A stretch of 64,000 bases of DNA, taken from contig CALXTQ010000009.1 in the NCBI GenBank assembly GCA_944391485.1, forward strand, positions 1,319-65,318, read 5' to 3'. Shown one piece after another: positions 18,693 to 28,813 of the stretch. The position numbers and the translations under genes were made by a program. Under the pieces are notes generated by a model. That model saw only the letters and a list, made by a program, of their open reading frames with translations, searched no databases and was not told where the DNA came from. Each line of letters opens with the position of its first letter. Position 1 is the stretch's first letter. Source of the stretch: an uncultured Alphaproteobacteria bacterium (GTDB lineage: Bacteria > Pseudomonadota > Alphaproteobacteria > RF32 > CAG-239).

Positions 18693-19277
18693 ATGAAATT
18701 GGAAAAGATTGTCGTTGCCAGCCATAATCAGGGAAAAATAAAAGAAATCCGCGATATGCTGTCGCCTTATGGGATAGAGGTGTTGTCCGCTTCCGATCTG
18801 AATCTGCCGGATGTTGAAGAAACGGGAACCACTTTTGAAGAAAATGCCCGCCTGAAGGCGGACACGTTGTCTGCCCAAAGCGGCGTTCCCTGTCTGGCGG
18901 ATGATTCCGGTCTGTGCGTCAATGCTCTCGGCGGCCGTCCCGGCGTTTATTCCGCCCGATATGCTCCGAACCGGGATTTTGACAAAGGCATGGATATGCT
19001 TCTGCAGGAGCTGGAAGAAAGCGGTTCGGACGACCGCTCGGCTTATTTTGCCTGCGTGCTGGCTCTGGCGGTTCCGGGATGCGAAACAAAAGTTTTTGAA
19101 GGCCGCGTCAATGGCCGGATCGCCGAGAAAAAACAGGGAACAAACGGTTTTGGCTATGATCCGGTTTTTATTCCCGACGGGTATGACGTTACGTTCGGGG
19201 ATCTGGATAAAGACGCCAAAAATGCCATTTCGCACCGGGGACGGGCTTTTGCCAAATTTATCGGCGCTTTGAAATAG
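18693..19277 (+). CDS. rdgB: dITP/XTP pyrophosphatase (Ham1/RdgB family)
   Basis: Start MKLEKIVVASHNQGKIKEI (the ORF-track start at 18660 overlaps the rph stop). Ham1 motifs FIPDGYDVTFGDL and KNAISHRGRA. Confidence 0.8.
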   Translation: MKLEKIVVASHNQGKIKEIRDMLSPYGIEVLSASDLNLPDVEETGTTFEENARLKADTLSAQSGVPCLADDSGLCVNALGGRPGVYSARYAPNRDFDKGMDMLLQELEESGSDDRSAYFACVLALAVPGCETKVFEGRVNGRIAEKKQGTNGFGYDPVFIPDGYDVTFGDLDKDAKNAISHRGRAFAKFIGALK

Positions 19278-19304
19278 GCGGCGCTGCCGGCGGGCAAAAA
19301 GGAA

Positions 19305-22193
19305 ATGACACAGCATATATATAATATTCCTCTGACTTGCGCTTTTGCCGATGTTCTGGCGCGGAAATTTGCCGAAGAATACAGAAATACGCCGCTGGAA
19401 CTGTCCGATGTCGTTTTTCTGCTGCCTAACCGGCGCGCCTGCAAAGCGCTGGCCGACGCGTTTGTCCGGGAGAAGGGCCTTGAACCGACTCTTCTGCCGA
19501 GGATGCTTCCTATCGGCGATGTCGAAGAAGATGAGCTCTTTCTGACGGGATTTGATTTCGGGGAGGCGCTGGCCGAACTGCCTCCCGGAATTGAACGGAC
19601 GGAAAGACTGTTGCTGTTTACAAAAATTATTATGGCCAAACCGGCGGATTTCGGAATTGAAAAACTTTCGGCGAATCAGGCGTGTTTTCTGGCGCAGGAA
19701 CTGGCTTCCCTGATTGATACCGTTCATAACGAGCGCCTTTCTTTTGATAATCTGGAAAAACTGGTTCCCGAGGAATATGCCGCGCATTGGCAGGATACTC
19801 TGAAATTTTTGAGAATTATTACCCATTACTGGCCAGAAATTCTGAAAGAGCGCGGTTTGTCTGACCCAAGCTTTCGCCGCAATATGCTGCTGCATCTGCA
19901 GAGCGAAATCTGGCGGAAAAATCCTCCGGAAAAAAGAATTGTCATTGCCGGAACAACGGCAACTTTTCCCGCGATGAAGGAACTGGTCAAAACGGTGGCA
20001 GGGCTTCCGCATGGGGCCGTTGTTTTATCCGGTCTGGACCGGGAACTGGATGAGGAAGACTGGACGCGGGTTGATGAAACGCATCCGCAGTATGAGTTAA
20101 AAGATCTGCTGGAATATCTGGAACTGAAGCGTTTTCAGATCGAGGACCTGGTGCCGGCGGAAGATGTTCTGCGCGAAAGGCTGGTTTCCGAAGTGATGCG
20201 GCCGGCGCCGACAACGGACAAATGGCGCGGTATCGGAGACAGACATATCGGCGCGGCGGCGCTGGACGGCCTGCGTCTGATTGAGTGTCAGGATATCCGG
20301 AAAGAGGCTTTGACGATAGCTCTGATTATGAGAGAAACGCTTGAATATCCGGAAAGGACGGCGGCGCTGGTTACAACCGACAGGCAGCTGGCCAGACGTG
20401 TTTCCGCCGAGCTTGAGCGCTGGAATATTTCTGTCGATGATTCTGCCGGCCGGCCGCTGGCGCTGACTCCGGTTGGAATTTTTCTGCGGCTGATTGCGAA
20501 AGTCTGCGAAAAGGATTTTGCGCCGGCGGCGTTTCTCAGCCTGCTGAAACATCCGCTGTTTGCCGCCGGGCGCGAGTATGCGGAAGTCAGGCAACTGGCG
20601 CGGGATTATGAAAAAAATGTTTTGCGCGGGGGCAGGGAAGATGCCGTTCTGGAAGAAAAGATTGCCGGCATCCGGGCGCTGTTTGGGGAGCTCTGCCGGC
20701 TGTATCGGAATCCGCAAACAGAATTTAAGGATTTGTGCGAAGTCCATATCCGGACTGCGGAATGTCTGGCGGCAGCGCCCGGCAAGGACGGCGCGCAGAT
20801 TTTGTGGCGCGGCGACGCCGGCGAAGCCGCCGCGCAGTTTGTCGGAGATTTGTATGAAAAAGCTGATGTTTTAGGCAAAATGGAAACCGCGGAATATCTC
20901 GGCCTGATGGAAGCCCTGATGGCGGGAATTACGGTCAGGCCGAAATACGGCATGCACCCGCGCCTGAAAATACTGGGACCTATTGAGGCCCGGCTGACGC
21001 ATTTTGATACGGTAATCGTCGGCGAAGTAAACGAAGGAATTTTTCCCAAGCAGTCGGCTTCTGATCCCTGGATGTCGCGGCCAATGAAAAAAGACTTCGG
21101 TTTTCCTCTGCCGGAAAAGGCAATCGGCGTGCTGGCCCATGACTTCTGCCAACTGCTGGGGCAGAAACGCGTTTATCTGACGCGCGCCGACAGAGTTCAG
21201 GGGACGCCCATGGTGAAATCCCGGTGGTGGATGCGTCTGGAAACGGTTCTGAAAGCGCTCGGATTGCAAAGCGAAGATTTTGCCGACACGGCATTTTCTT
21301 CCTGGGCGGAATTTATTGACAGAAGCGATGTTTTTGTACGTCTGGCGCCACCCGCGCCCCGTCCCCCGGTGGAAGCCCGTCCCCGGGTTCTGTCCGCCAG
21401 CGCGGTAGAAAACTGGATGCGCGATCCGTATATAATTTTTGCCAAATATATTCTGAAACTCAGGCCGCTTGAGGATCTGGAGCAGGATTTGACCCTGAAG
21501 GATTACGGGACGATTATTCATGCGGTTTTGGAAAAGTTCAATAAAAAATATCCCGCGTCTTTTCCCGATAATGCCAGAGCGGAACTTTTAAAAATGGGTG
21601 AGGATTATTTTAACGAAAATAAAGTGGCGGCGGAAACCAGAGCGTTCTGGTGGCCGAATTTTGAAAAGACGGTGAACTGGCTGGCGGATACCGAAAGAAA
21701 TTATCGCCCCGAAATTGCGAAAGTGCACGGCGAGGCGCAGGGAAGTTTTGATTTTGAGGCGCCGGCCGGCAGATTTACCATTACGGCTAAAGCGGACCGT
21801 GTTGACGAAACAGCGGACGGGAAAATAAATATTATTGATTATAAAACGGGGACAGCCAGAAGCGTCAGGGAAATAGAGACCGGTTATGCACCGCAGCTGC
21901 CGATAGAGGGACTGATTGCCCAAAGAGGCGGTTTTGAAGGAATTCCGCAGGCTGAGGTGGCCAAGCTTATTTACTGGCAGCTCGGCCGCAAGGAAACCGT
22001 TGCGGAAGAAAATATGCCGGAAATTCTGGAGAATTGTTTTGAACATATAAAACAGCTGGCGGCTTTGTTTGATTTTGAGACAACGCCTTATATCAGCCAG
22101 CCGAATCCCAAAAATGCTCCGAAATATTCCGATTATGAGCATTTGTCCCGGGTTCGGGAATGGTCGGTAACGGAGGACGGGACGGATGAATAA
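19305..22193 (+). CDS. addB: double-strand break repair helicase-nuclease subunit AddB
   Basis: 962 aa. Immediately upstream of and overlapping addA. Inactive-helicase-like N-terminus plus a C-terminal PD-(D/E)xK-like region (ITAKADRVDETADGKINIIDYKTG). Confidence 0.75.
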   Translation: MTQHIYNIPLTCAFADVLARKFAEEYRNTPLELSDVVFLLPNRRACKALADAFVREKGLEPTLLPRMLPIGDVEEDELFLTGFDFGEALAELPPGIERTERLLLFTKIIMAKPADFGIEKLSANQACFLAQELASLIDTVHNERLSFDNLEKLVPEEYAAHWQDTLKFLRIITHYWPEILKERGLSDPSFRRNMLLHLQSEIWRKNPPEKRIVIAGTTATFPAMKELVKTVAGLPHGAVVLSGLDRELDEEDWTRVDETHPQYELKDLLEYLELKRFQIEDLVPAEDVLRERLVSEVMRPAPTTDKWRGIGDRHIGAAALDGLRLIECQDIRKEALTIALIMRETLEYPERTAALVTTDRQLARRVSAELERWNISVDDSAGRPLALTPVGIFLRLIAKVCEKDFAPAAFLSLLKHPLFAAGREYAEVRQLARDYEKNVLRGGREDAVLEEKIAGIRALFGELCRLYRNPQTEFKDLCEVHIRTAECLAAAPGKDGAQILWRGDAGEAAAQFVGDLYEKADVLGKMETAEYLGLMEALMAGITVRPKYGMHPRLKILGPIEARLTHFDTVIVGEVNEGIFPKQSASDPWMSRPMKKDFGFPLPEKAIGVLAHDFCQLLGQKRVYLTRADRVQGTPMVKSRWWMRLETVLKALGLQSEDFADTAFSSWAEFIDRSDVFVRLAPPAPRPPVEARPRVLSASAVENWMRDPYIIFAKYILKLRPLEDLEQDLTLKDYGTIIHAVLEKFNKKYPASFPDNARAELLKMGEDYFNENKVAAETRAFWWPNFEKTVNWLADTERNYRPEIAKVHGEAQGSFDFEAPAGRFTITAKADRVDETADGKINIIDYKTGTARSVREIETGYAPQLPIEGLIAQRGGFEGIPQAEVAKLIYWQLGRKETVAEENMPEILENCFEHIKQLAALFDFETTPYISQPNPKNAPKYSDYEHLSRVREWSVTEDGTDE

Positions 22194-25100
22194 CGAAATT
22201 CTGGAAGCCCGGAACAAAAGAGGCGCTCTGGCCACCGGACAGCAGCGCCGGGCGTCTGATCCCTGCCGTTCGGTCTGGGTGGAGGCTTCGGCGGGAACGG
22301 GAAAAACAAAGGTTTTGTCCGACCGGGTGCTGCGGATTTTGCTGAACGGCGTTTCTCCCTCAAAAATTTTGTGCCTGACTTATACAAAGGCGGCAGCGGT
22401 GGAAATGAGCTCCCGTATTGCCGGACGGCTCAGCCGCTGGGCCGTTGCCGGAGAGGAGGAACTGCGCAAGGAGCTGCAAAGTCTTCTCGGCGGTCTGCCG
22501 GATGACAGAAAAAGCTGTGAATCTCTGGAAGCATCGGCGCGCAAATTGTTTGCGGTTCTGCTTGAGACGCCCGGCGGGATGAAAATTCAAACCATTCACA
22601 GTTTTTGTCAGGAAGTTCTGAAACGGTTTCCCCTGGAGGCAAAAATTTCTCCGTATTTTGAGGTGATGGACGAGCGGAGCGCGCAGGAAGCCATTAATGA
22701 AATCAAAAACGGACTGCTGCGCAAGATTGAGCAGGATCCGGACGGACGCTCCGCTCAGGCGCTGGCTTTTCTGACGCGGAATGTCAGCGAGTTTCAGTTT
22801 CCCAATATTATGAATTCCATTGCGAGCGCCCGCAATAAAATTGCCAGAATGCTTATCCGTTACGGTTCGGTTGAAAACGTGATTGTCGCTGTCGCCGCGC
22901 GTCTGGGCGTCGGGGAGCAGGACAGCGAAGAAAGCCTTGTCGAAAGTTTCATGGCTGCCGTCCGCGGAGATGATATCCGGAAAATCCGGGATGCTCTGCT
23001 TCACGGCGCGGCAAAGGACAACGAAAAAGCGGACGTTCTTTCCCGATGTCTGGAACACGGTTTTCTGCCGGAAGATTATCCGGCCTATAAATCAGTTTTT
23101 CTGACGCAGAAAGGCGAGCTTCCGTCCAAGCCGGCCAGCAAAGGCGCCGCGGCTTTTTATCCTGATGCCGCAGCGGCGATGACGGCGGAAGGAATACGGA
23201 TTCAGGAACTGGAAAACAGACGGAACGCCGCGCGGGTTTTTGCGGCGACAAAAGCGGTTTTGTATCTGGCGGAAGATCTTATCGGCAGTTATAACGCCTA
23301 CAAAAAAATACATTCCAAAATGGATTATGAGGATCTGGTCGTGTTGACCCGTAATCTTTTGGAGAATAAGGCTGTTGCCGATTGGGTTCTGTTTAAGCTG
23401 GACGGCGGCATTGACAATGTGCTTATTGACGAGGCGCAGGATACTTCGCCGGATCAGTGGGCGATCGTCCGGGCCGTAACGGAAGATTTTTTTGCGGGAA
23501 AAAGCGCGGCGGAAGACAAGCGGACGATTTTTGCCGTGGGCGATCGCAAACAGTCCATTTACAGTTTTCAGGGAGCGGATCCGAAAGAGTTTGACAAGAT
23601 GCGCCGTTATTTTTCGGAAAAGACGGAAAACTTTTCGGAGATAAATCTTGATGTTTCTTTCCGTTCGACGGCGGCGGTTCTGGATGCGGTTAATACGGTT
23701 TTTGCCGATGACGAAGTCAAAGCCGGCGTTGTGTCAGCCGGACAAAATGTTACGCATGTGCCTTTTCGCATCGGCGACGGCGGCCGGGTTGAGCTGTGGC
23801 CGCTGGTTGAGCCGGAAGAAGGAGAAAATAAGGATGTGTGGTTGCCGCCGGTAGAGAGAAGTTTCGGAGAATCGACTTCTGCCCGTCTGGCCAGACAGAT
23901 TGCCGGCAGAATCAAAGCGATGGTTGAGGGCGGGGAAATTCTGGCCTCACAGAACCGTCCGCTGCGATATAAAGACTTTATGATTCTGGTTCAGCGCCGC
24001 AACAGCTTTGTCGAGGAACTGGTCAGAGAATGCAAAAATGCCGGCGTGAATGTGGCGGGCATTGATAAAATCCGCCTGCTGGAACAGATTGCTGTTCAGG
24101 ATCTGGTTTCTCTTGGCAAATTTTTGCTTTTGCCGACCGATGATCTGACTTTGGCAGAGGTTTTAAAATCTCCTTTATGCAGTCTGGATGACGATGATCT
24201 GTTCAGGCTATGTTATGGCCGCGGCAAAGCTTCCGTCTGGACAAGGCTCGGTGATCACCCCGCATATTCCGAAGTATATGACATGCTTTGCGGCTTGCTG
24301 AACAAAGCGGACTATGTTCGGCCTTTTGAACTGTACAGTTATGTTCTCGGGCCGCTGCAGGGACGGAAAAAATTTGTTGAACGTATGGGAATCGAGGCGG
24401 AAGACGGTATCGACGAATTCGTAAATCTGACGCTCGATTTTGAACAGCAGCATGTTCCCAGTCTTCAGGGGTTTGTCGAGTGGATTACCAAAGACGATGT
24501 GGAAATAAAAAGAGAACTTGAGCAAAGCAGCGCCGATATGGTCAGAATAATGACCGTTCATGGTTCGAAAGGGCTTCAGGCGCCGGTGGTTATTCTTCCG
24601 GATACGGTGCGTGTTGTCAGCGCAAAAAAAGAAGGCGGCATGCTGTGGGATGATATTTTGTTTTATCCTCTTTCGGCCAGAGATTATGAATCCTGCTGCA
24701 CCAAAATCAAGGAAGAAGAAAAGAAAGCGGCACTGGAAGAATACAGGCGTCTGTTGTATGTGGCTCTGACACGCGCCGAAGACCGACTGTGTCTCTGCGG
24801 CTACCGCCGGAAGAGCAGGGCGTCCGAAGATTCATGGTATGAAATCTGCCGGCGGCTGCTGGGGAAAATCGGCGAGGAAAAACAGGACGGAAGCATTGTT
24901 TACCGGACGGAACAGCAGATTGAAGCCGGAAAAAAAGACACCGTTCAGCCGGTTAAACTGCGGCGGCCGGAATTTTCGTGGCTGTCTGAACCGGCGCCGG
25001 AGGAAGATCCTCTGTCAAAGCCGTTTACGCCGTCGCGGCCGGACGATGAAGATGACGTTGCTCTGGTTTCGCCGATCGGTCCAAACGGAAAAAGCAGATA

Positions 25101-25560
25101 TCGGCGCGGACAGGTAATTCACAAGCTGCTGCAGTTTTTGCCAGATGTCAGGCAGGCGGATAAGATGGAGGTTATCGCCGGTTTTCTGGAGAAGAATGTT
25201 CCAGAGCTGTCGATGGCGGAGAAGCAGAGAATTTCCGCCGAAGTTTTGCGGCTTCTCGAAGATAAGAACTTTTCCGTTATTTTCGGCAGCGAATCCAAAG
25301 CCGAAGTGCCGGTTATGGGTGTCGTCGACGGCAGAATTGTGTCGGCGCAGATAGACAGGCTGGCCGTGGAGAAAGACCGCGTCGTCATTGTCGATTTTAA
25401 AACGAATCGTCCCGCGGCTGATTGCGTGGCCGAGGTGCCGGAAGTTTATGTCAAACAGCTCCGGGCATATAAGGTGCTTCTGGAAAGAATTTACAAGGAC
25501 AAGAAAGTCGAAACTCTGATTTTGTGGACGGATACGGCCCGGCTGATGCCGATAGAGTAA
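22186..25560 (+). CDS. addA: ATP-dependent helicase/nuclease subunit AddA (UvrD-like)
   Basis: 1124 aa. Walker A EASAGTGKTKVL. UvrD helicase motifs (QTIHSFCQ, VLIDEAQDTSP, FAVGDRKQSIYSFQGA, VDFRS). C-terminal RecB-type nuclease (GQVIHKLLQ...IVDFKTN). Confidence 0.85.
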   Translation: MNNEILEARNKRGALATGQQRRASDPCRSVWVEASAGTGKTKVLSDRVLRILLNGVSPSKILCLTYTKAAAVEMSSRIAGRLSRWAVAGEEELRKELQSLLGGLPDDRKSCESLEASARKLFAVLLETPGGMKIQTIHSFCQEVLKRFPLEAKISPYFEVMDERSAQEAINEIKNGLLRKIEQDPDGRSAQALAFLTRNVSEFQFPNIMNSIASARNKIARMLIRYGSVENVIVAVAARLGVGEQDSEESLVESFMAAVRGDDIRKIRDALLHGAAKDNEKADVLSRCLEHGFLPEDYPAYKSVFLTQKGELPSKPASKGAAAFYPDAAAAMTAEGIRIQELENRRNAARVFAATKAVLYLAEDLIGSYNAYKKIHSKMDYEDLVVLTRNLLENKAVADWVLFKLDGGIDNVLIDEAQDTSPDQWAIVRAVTEDFFAGKSAAEDKRTIFAVGDRKQSIYSFQGADPKEFDKMRRYFSEKTENFSEINLDVSFRSTAAVLDAVNTVFADDEVKAGVVSAGQNVTHVPFRIGDGGRVELWPLVEPEEGENKDVWLPPVERSFGESTSARLARQIAGRIKAMVEGGEILASQNRPLRYKDFMILVQRRNSFVEELVRECKNAGVNVAGIDKIRLLEQIAVQDLVSLGKFLLLPTDDLTLAEVLKSPLCSLDDDDLFRLCYGRGKASVWTRLGDHPAYSEVYDMLCGLLNKADYVRPFELYSYVLGPLQGRKKFVERMGIEAEDGIDEFVNLTLDFEQQHVPSLQGFVEWITKDDVEIKRELEQSSADMVRIMTVHGSKGLQAPVVILPDTVRVVSAKKEGGMLWDDILFYPLSARDYESCCTKIKEEEKKAALEEYRRLLYVALTRAEDRLCLCGYRRKSRASEDSWYEICRRLLGKIGEEKQDGSIVYRTEQQIEAGKKDTVQPVKLRRPEFSWLSEPAPEEDPLSKPFTPSRPDDEDDVALVSPIGPNGKSRYRRGQVIHKLLQFLPDVRQADKMEVIAGFLEKNVPELSMAEKQRISAEVLRLLEDKNFSVIFGSESKAEVPVMGVVDGRIVSAQIDRLAVEKDRVVIVDFKTNRPAADCVAEVPEVYVKQLRAYKVLLERIYKDKKVETLILWTDTARLMPIE

Positions 25561-25650
25561 ATTTTTGGTTGTTTTTATGTAATTAGTCTTTAATATAGAA
25601 AAATACCAATTATATTAAAATCAGTGTCGATTAATTTGAAAGGGTAGAAC

Positions 25651-25965
25651 ATGAAATCAATCACAGACAGTCAATTTGAAACGGAAGTTTTGGGTTCAAA
25701 AGGTTTGGTTTTGGTTGACTTTTGGGCGGAATGGTGTGGTCCCTGCCGTCAGCTTGGTCCGGTTTTGGAAGAAGTTTCAAAAGAAATGGGCGAAAAAGTC
25801 AAAATCTGCAAAATGAATGTTGACGAATCTCCGAATACGGCGGCTCAGTATGGTATCCGCAGTATTCCGACTATGTTTCTGTTTAAGGACGGTAAGCAGG
25901 TTGATGTGAAGGTCGGTCTTAATTCCCAGGCTTCTTTGGTGTCTTGGATTGAGTCTCATCAGTAA
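25651..25965 (+). CDS. trxA: thioredoxin
   Basis: 104 aa. Active site WAEWCGPC and the thioredoxin fold signature IPTMFLFKDG. Confidence 0.9.
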   Translation: MKSITDSQFETEVLGSKGLVLVDFWAEWCGPCRQLGPVLEEVSKEMGEKVKICKMNVDESPNTAAQYGIRSIPTMFLFKDGKQVDVKVGLNSQASLVSWIESHQ

Positions 25966-25988
25966 TGCCGTTTTTTCGTATGAGTTAA

Positions 25989-26017
25989 GGGGCGCTTTTC
26001 AGCGCCCTTTTTTTTGG
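25989..26017 (+). terminator. Rho-independent terminator after trxA
   Basis: GGGCGCT-tttc-AGCGCCC hairpin followed by T8. Confidence 0.6.
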
Positions 26018-26382
26018 CAGTGGAAAACGTGTCGAAAGTTCTGGATTTAAGAAATTTTTGGTTTATTTACACTGCTGGTTGCAAATTTTTGCATTATTCT
26101 ATATAATATTTTTTGTATGGGAATCGCTGTCCGGCGGTTTTCAGTATTCTCAAACGCGAGAATCGAAGCGGTAAGAGGCTTTTACAAGCAGCGGCGGTAT
26201 GACAGAGAATTTTATCTGCCATACCGTTTGTATCTGTCCGTAATCACAACTGTCTTTTGGGGAGTTGTGGTGTTTCTGTCCATAAGAAATTTTCGAAAGG
26301 ACAGAACTAACGCTGCTTAGTACTCTTACACGCCATGATTCCCCGCCTTTTATTCAGGCGGCTGATTAACGGAAGGTCTAAA

Positions 26383-26631
26383 ATGGATATCGAAGCTGAA
26401 AGGCAGAAATTTGTTCTTATGAACGAGCTTTTACAGGATGAAATCCGCAAAAAACTTAAGCATATACGTTTGAAAGCAGGTCTCAACTTAAGTGATCTGG
26501 CTCGGAAAACAGGATATACCGTTGCAATTTTGCGGGATGCCGAAGAAGGGCCATCCGATATTTCCATTCAGATGCTCTCTGATTTGCTGGATTTTTATTC
26601 GGAAGTCTGCGAAACCTCCGCACGTTATTAA
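26383..26631 (+). CDS. XRE-family HTH regulator (small)
   Basis: LKHIRLKAGLNLSDLARKTGYTVAILRDAEEG is an HTH_3 motif. The start at MDIEAERQ is chosen over the longer ORF-track start at 26335. Confidence 0.5.
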   Translation: MDIEAERQKFVLMNELLQDEIRKKLKHIRLKAGLNLSDLARKTGYTVAILRDAEEGPSDISIQMLSDLLDFYSEVCETSARY

Positions 26632-26702
26632 ACGTTCGCCCTTTTTTTCATGAAATTGAAGCTTATATTTAAGCCAGCTTAATCTGCTTAGAGGTACACG
26701 AT

Positions 26703-27605
26703 ATGCTTTGGGTAATCGATGGCCTGGTTTATGGCTTTTTTACGGCTATTTATACAATATTCAATCAGTATTACAAGCTTAACGGCTATCTTCTCGGAAT
26801 CTGGCGCGGATTCGGAATTTCTTTCGTCTTTATGCCTTTTTTGTTTTTCTTTCCGTTTCCGACCAGTGGTTATTACTGGTTTCTGCTGGTTTTTCAAGGG
26901 TTGCTGATCGGCATTTATGATTCGCATCTGTTTTTTGCTTCTGCGGAATTCGGTGCGGGGCCGACTTCCAGATTTATGGCGATTACAGCGCTGGTTACGA
27001 CATTTTTGTGGTGGCTGTTGACGCCGCAGGATTTTATTAGGCTGTTGCACAACGGTACGGTCTTTATTTCGCTGATGCTGGTTTTGTTCGGTTTTACCGT
27101 AAGTTACTGGCAAATGGTGCAGAGCCCGGTTTCAAGAAAAGTGGTCGGTTACATGTTGCCGGCCGTTTTTGCGCTGGCAGGCATGAGTATTGCCACCAAG
27201 GATATTGCCCTTAACGGTTCCGGTGTCTGGGGAAGCCTCGTTTATTATCTGGTTGTGGCGACTTTTGTCAGCGGCTGTTACAATCTGTTTTTTTACCTGC
27301 GCACACAGAGGCCGGGGCCAAAGTTGTTTTTTCAGGAGGTTTTCGGCGCCAAGACGCTTAAGCCGGGATTATATCTGGTCAGTTTCAGCGCGGCATTGAT
27401 TACCGCAAAAACACTAGCACTTCGTGTTGCTCCAAATCCGGGATATGTGGTCGCGCTGCTGCTGGTGGCGCCGATTTTTGTTTTTGTTTTGAACAGATAC
27501 GGTAAAATTCCGGATGATGTGTCCGTTAAGGCCGGTTTTTCCATGATCTTTTTTTTGCTGATGCTGATTTTGCTGGTGAACGGAAATTACGGCGTTACGG
27601 ATTAG
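26703..27605 (+). CDS. polytopic inner-membrane protein (~10 TM), possibly DMT/EamA-like transporter
   Basis: 300 aa, almost entirely hydrophobic helices. Translationally coupled region downstream of the small HTH gene. Confidence 0.55.
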   Translation: MLWVIDGLVYGFFTAIYTIFNQYYKLNGYLLGIWRGFGISFVFMPFLFFFPFPTSGYYWFLLVFQGLLIGIYDSHLFFASAEFGAGPTSRFMAITALVTTFLWWLLTPQDFIRLLHNGTVFISLMLVLFGFTVSYWQMVQSPVSRKVVGYMLPAVFALAGMSIATKDIALNGSGVWGSLVYYLVVATFVSGCYNLFFYLRTQRPGPKLFFQEVFGAKTLKPGLYLVSFSAALITAKTLALRVAPNPGYVVALLLVAPIFVFVLNRYGKIPDDVSVKAGFSMIFFLLMLILLVNGNYGVTD

Positions 27606-27649
27606 TTTCTTGTTGATTTCGGCATGGGCGGGATTGCGGGGATATCGGA

Positions 27650-28813
27650 TCAGGAACAAAGCTCTTCAATCATTTTGTTCAGAACCAAAAAGCCTTTTGG
27701 CGTTGCCCGGACAAAAGCTTTGCCGTCTTCAAGAAAACCATGCTCGACAAGCGTTGACAGGTTTTTCTGATTGACAAAGCTGTTGAAGTCGAGACCGCAG
27801 CGCTGTCGGAAGAGAGATTTATCGAGGCCGTCGGTCAGACGCAGCCCCATAATTACAAGTTCTTCCGCACGTTCCTCCGGCGTCAGGATTTCTAGGGGCT
27901 GTCCGTACTCCTGAGCATAAATTTTTTCTCCGGCTCTGATTCTGCCTTGCGCTGACATTCCGATGCCGATGTAATCGCCGCCCTGCCAGTAAATCAGATT
28001 ATGCCGCGAACGAAAACCCGGAACGGCAAAGTTGGAAACCTCATATTTCGGGTAGCCGTGGCGGTTCAGAAAATTGTCGGTGAACGAGTACATTTCAGCG
28101 GCGGCGTTTTCTTCCAGCGGCCGTATGCCTTTTCCGGCAAAGACGGTTCCTTCTTCAATCGTCAGCTGATACAGCGAAATGTGCTTTAGTCCGAATCCGG
28201 AAATCTGTTCAAGCTCTTTTTCCCAGTCTTCCGAGCGCTGTCCGGGGCGGGCGTAAATCAAGTCAGCGGAATGATTATCAAAAGTCTGCAGAACCATACC
28301 GAGGGAATCCAGAGCCTGTTTGAGGTTGTGCGTTCTGCCCAGAAGCTTCAGGTCCGCGTCGTTAAGAGCTTGGACGCCGAGAGACAGGCGGTTGACGCCG
28401 GCTGTTTTCAGATCCGGAAACAGGGTCGGCGTGTCGGTATTGGGATTGGCTTCCAGACTGATTTCGATATCCGCGGCGCAAGGCCATGATTTTTGTATAT
28501 GGCTGATAAGTTTTTCAATCAGGCACGGTTTTATCAGAGACGGTGTTCCGCCGCCGAAAAAAATGCTGGTTACGGTTTTGTCGCCGGTTAACGGGCGATA
28601 ACTGTTCAGGGTGTCGATGTATTTGCTGACAATGCTTTCTTGGTCAACGTTTTTTCTTACTTCTTTATAAAAGTCGCAGTACGGACACCTGCTTTTGCAA
28701 AACGGCCAGTGAATATAAATGCCGAAAGGAACGTTTCCGGCATTTGCCTTTCCGTCTGTTCCGGCGCGGGACAAAGGCTGTTCTGCCGCCGGTATCCGTG
28801 TTTTGCTTTTCAT
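27650..28813 (-). CDS. hemW: radical-SAM heme chaperone HemW (HemN-like, oxygen-independent coproporphyrinogen-III oxidase family)
   Basis: 387 aa. CPYCDFYK radical-SAM CxxxCxxC motif near the N-terminus. Length and GGGTPSL motif match HemW rather than catalytic HemN. Confidence 0.8.
   Translation of the reverse strand: MKSKTRIPAAEQPLSRAGTDGKANAGNVPFGIYIHWPFCKSRCPYCDFYKEVRKNVDQESIVSKYIDTLNSYRPLTGDKTVTSIFFGGGTPSLIKPCLIEKLISHIQKSWPCAADIEISLEANPNTDTPTLFPDLKTAGVNRLSLGVQALNDADLKLLGRTHNLKQALDSLGMVLQTFDNHSADLIYARPGQRSEDWEKELEQISGFGLKHISLYQLTIEEGTVFAGKGIRPLEENAAAEMYSFTDNFLNRHGYPKYEVSNFAVPGFRSRHNLIYWQGGDYIGIGMSAQGRIRAGEKIYAQEYGQPLEILTPEERAEELVIMGLRLTDGLDKSLFRQRCGLDFNSFVNQKNLSTLVEHGFLEDGKAFVRATPKGFLVLNKMIEELCS

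Noticed and set aside
18648-20012. 454-codon minus-strand ORF spanning the rph/rdgB/addB junctions
   Set aside because: Antisense to three well-supported genes, and its 'protein' is Arg/Phe/Gln-rich low complexity. A shadow ORF.
20097-21521. Multiple 200+ codon minus-strand ORFs inside addB, and 22360..23058 inside addA
   Set aside because: Shadow ORFs opposite clearly identified helicase/nuclease genes.
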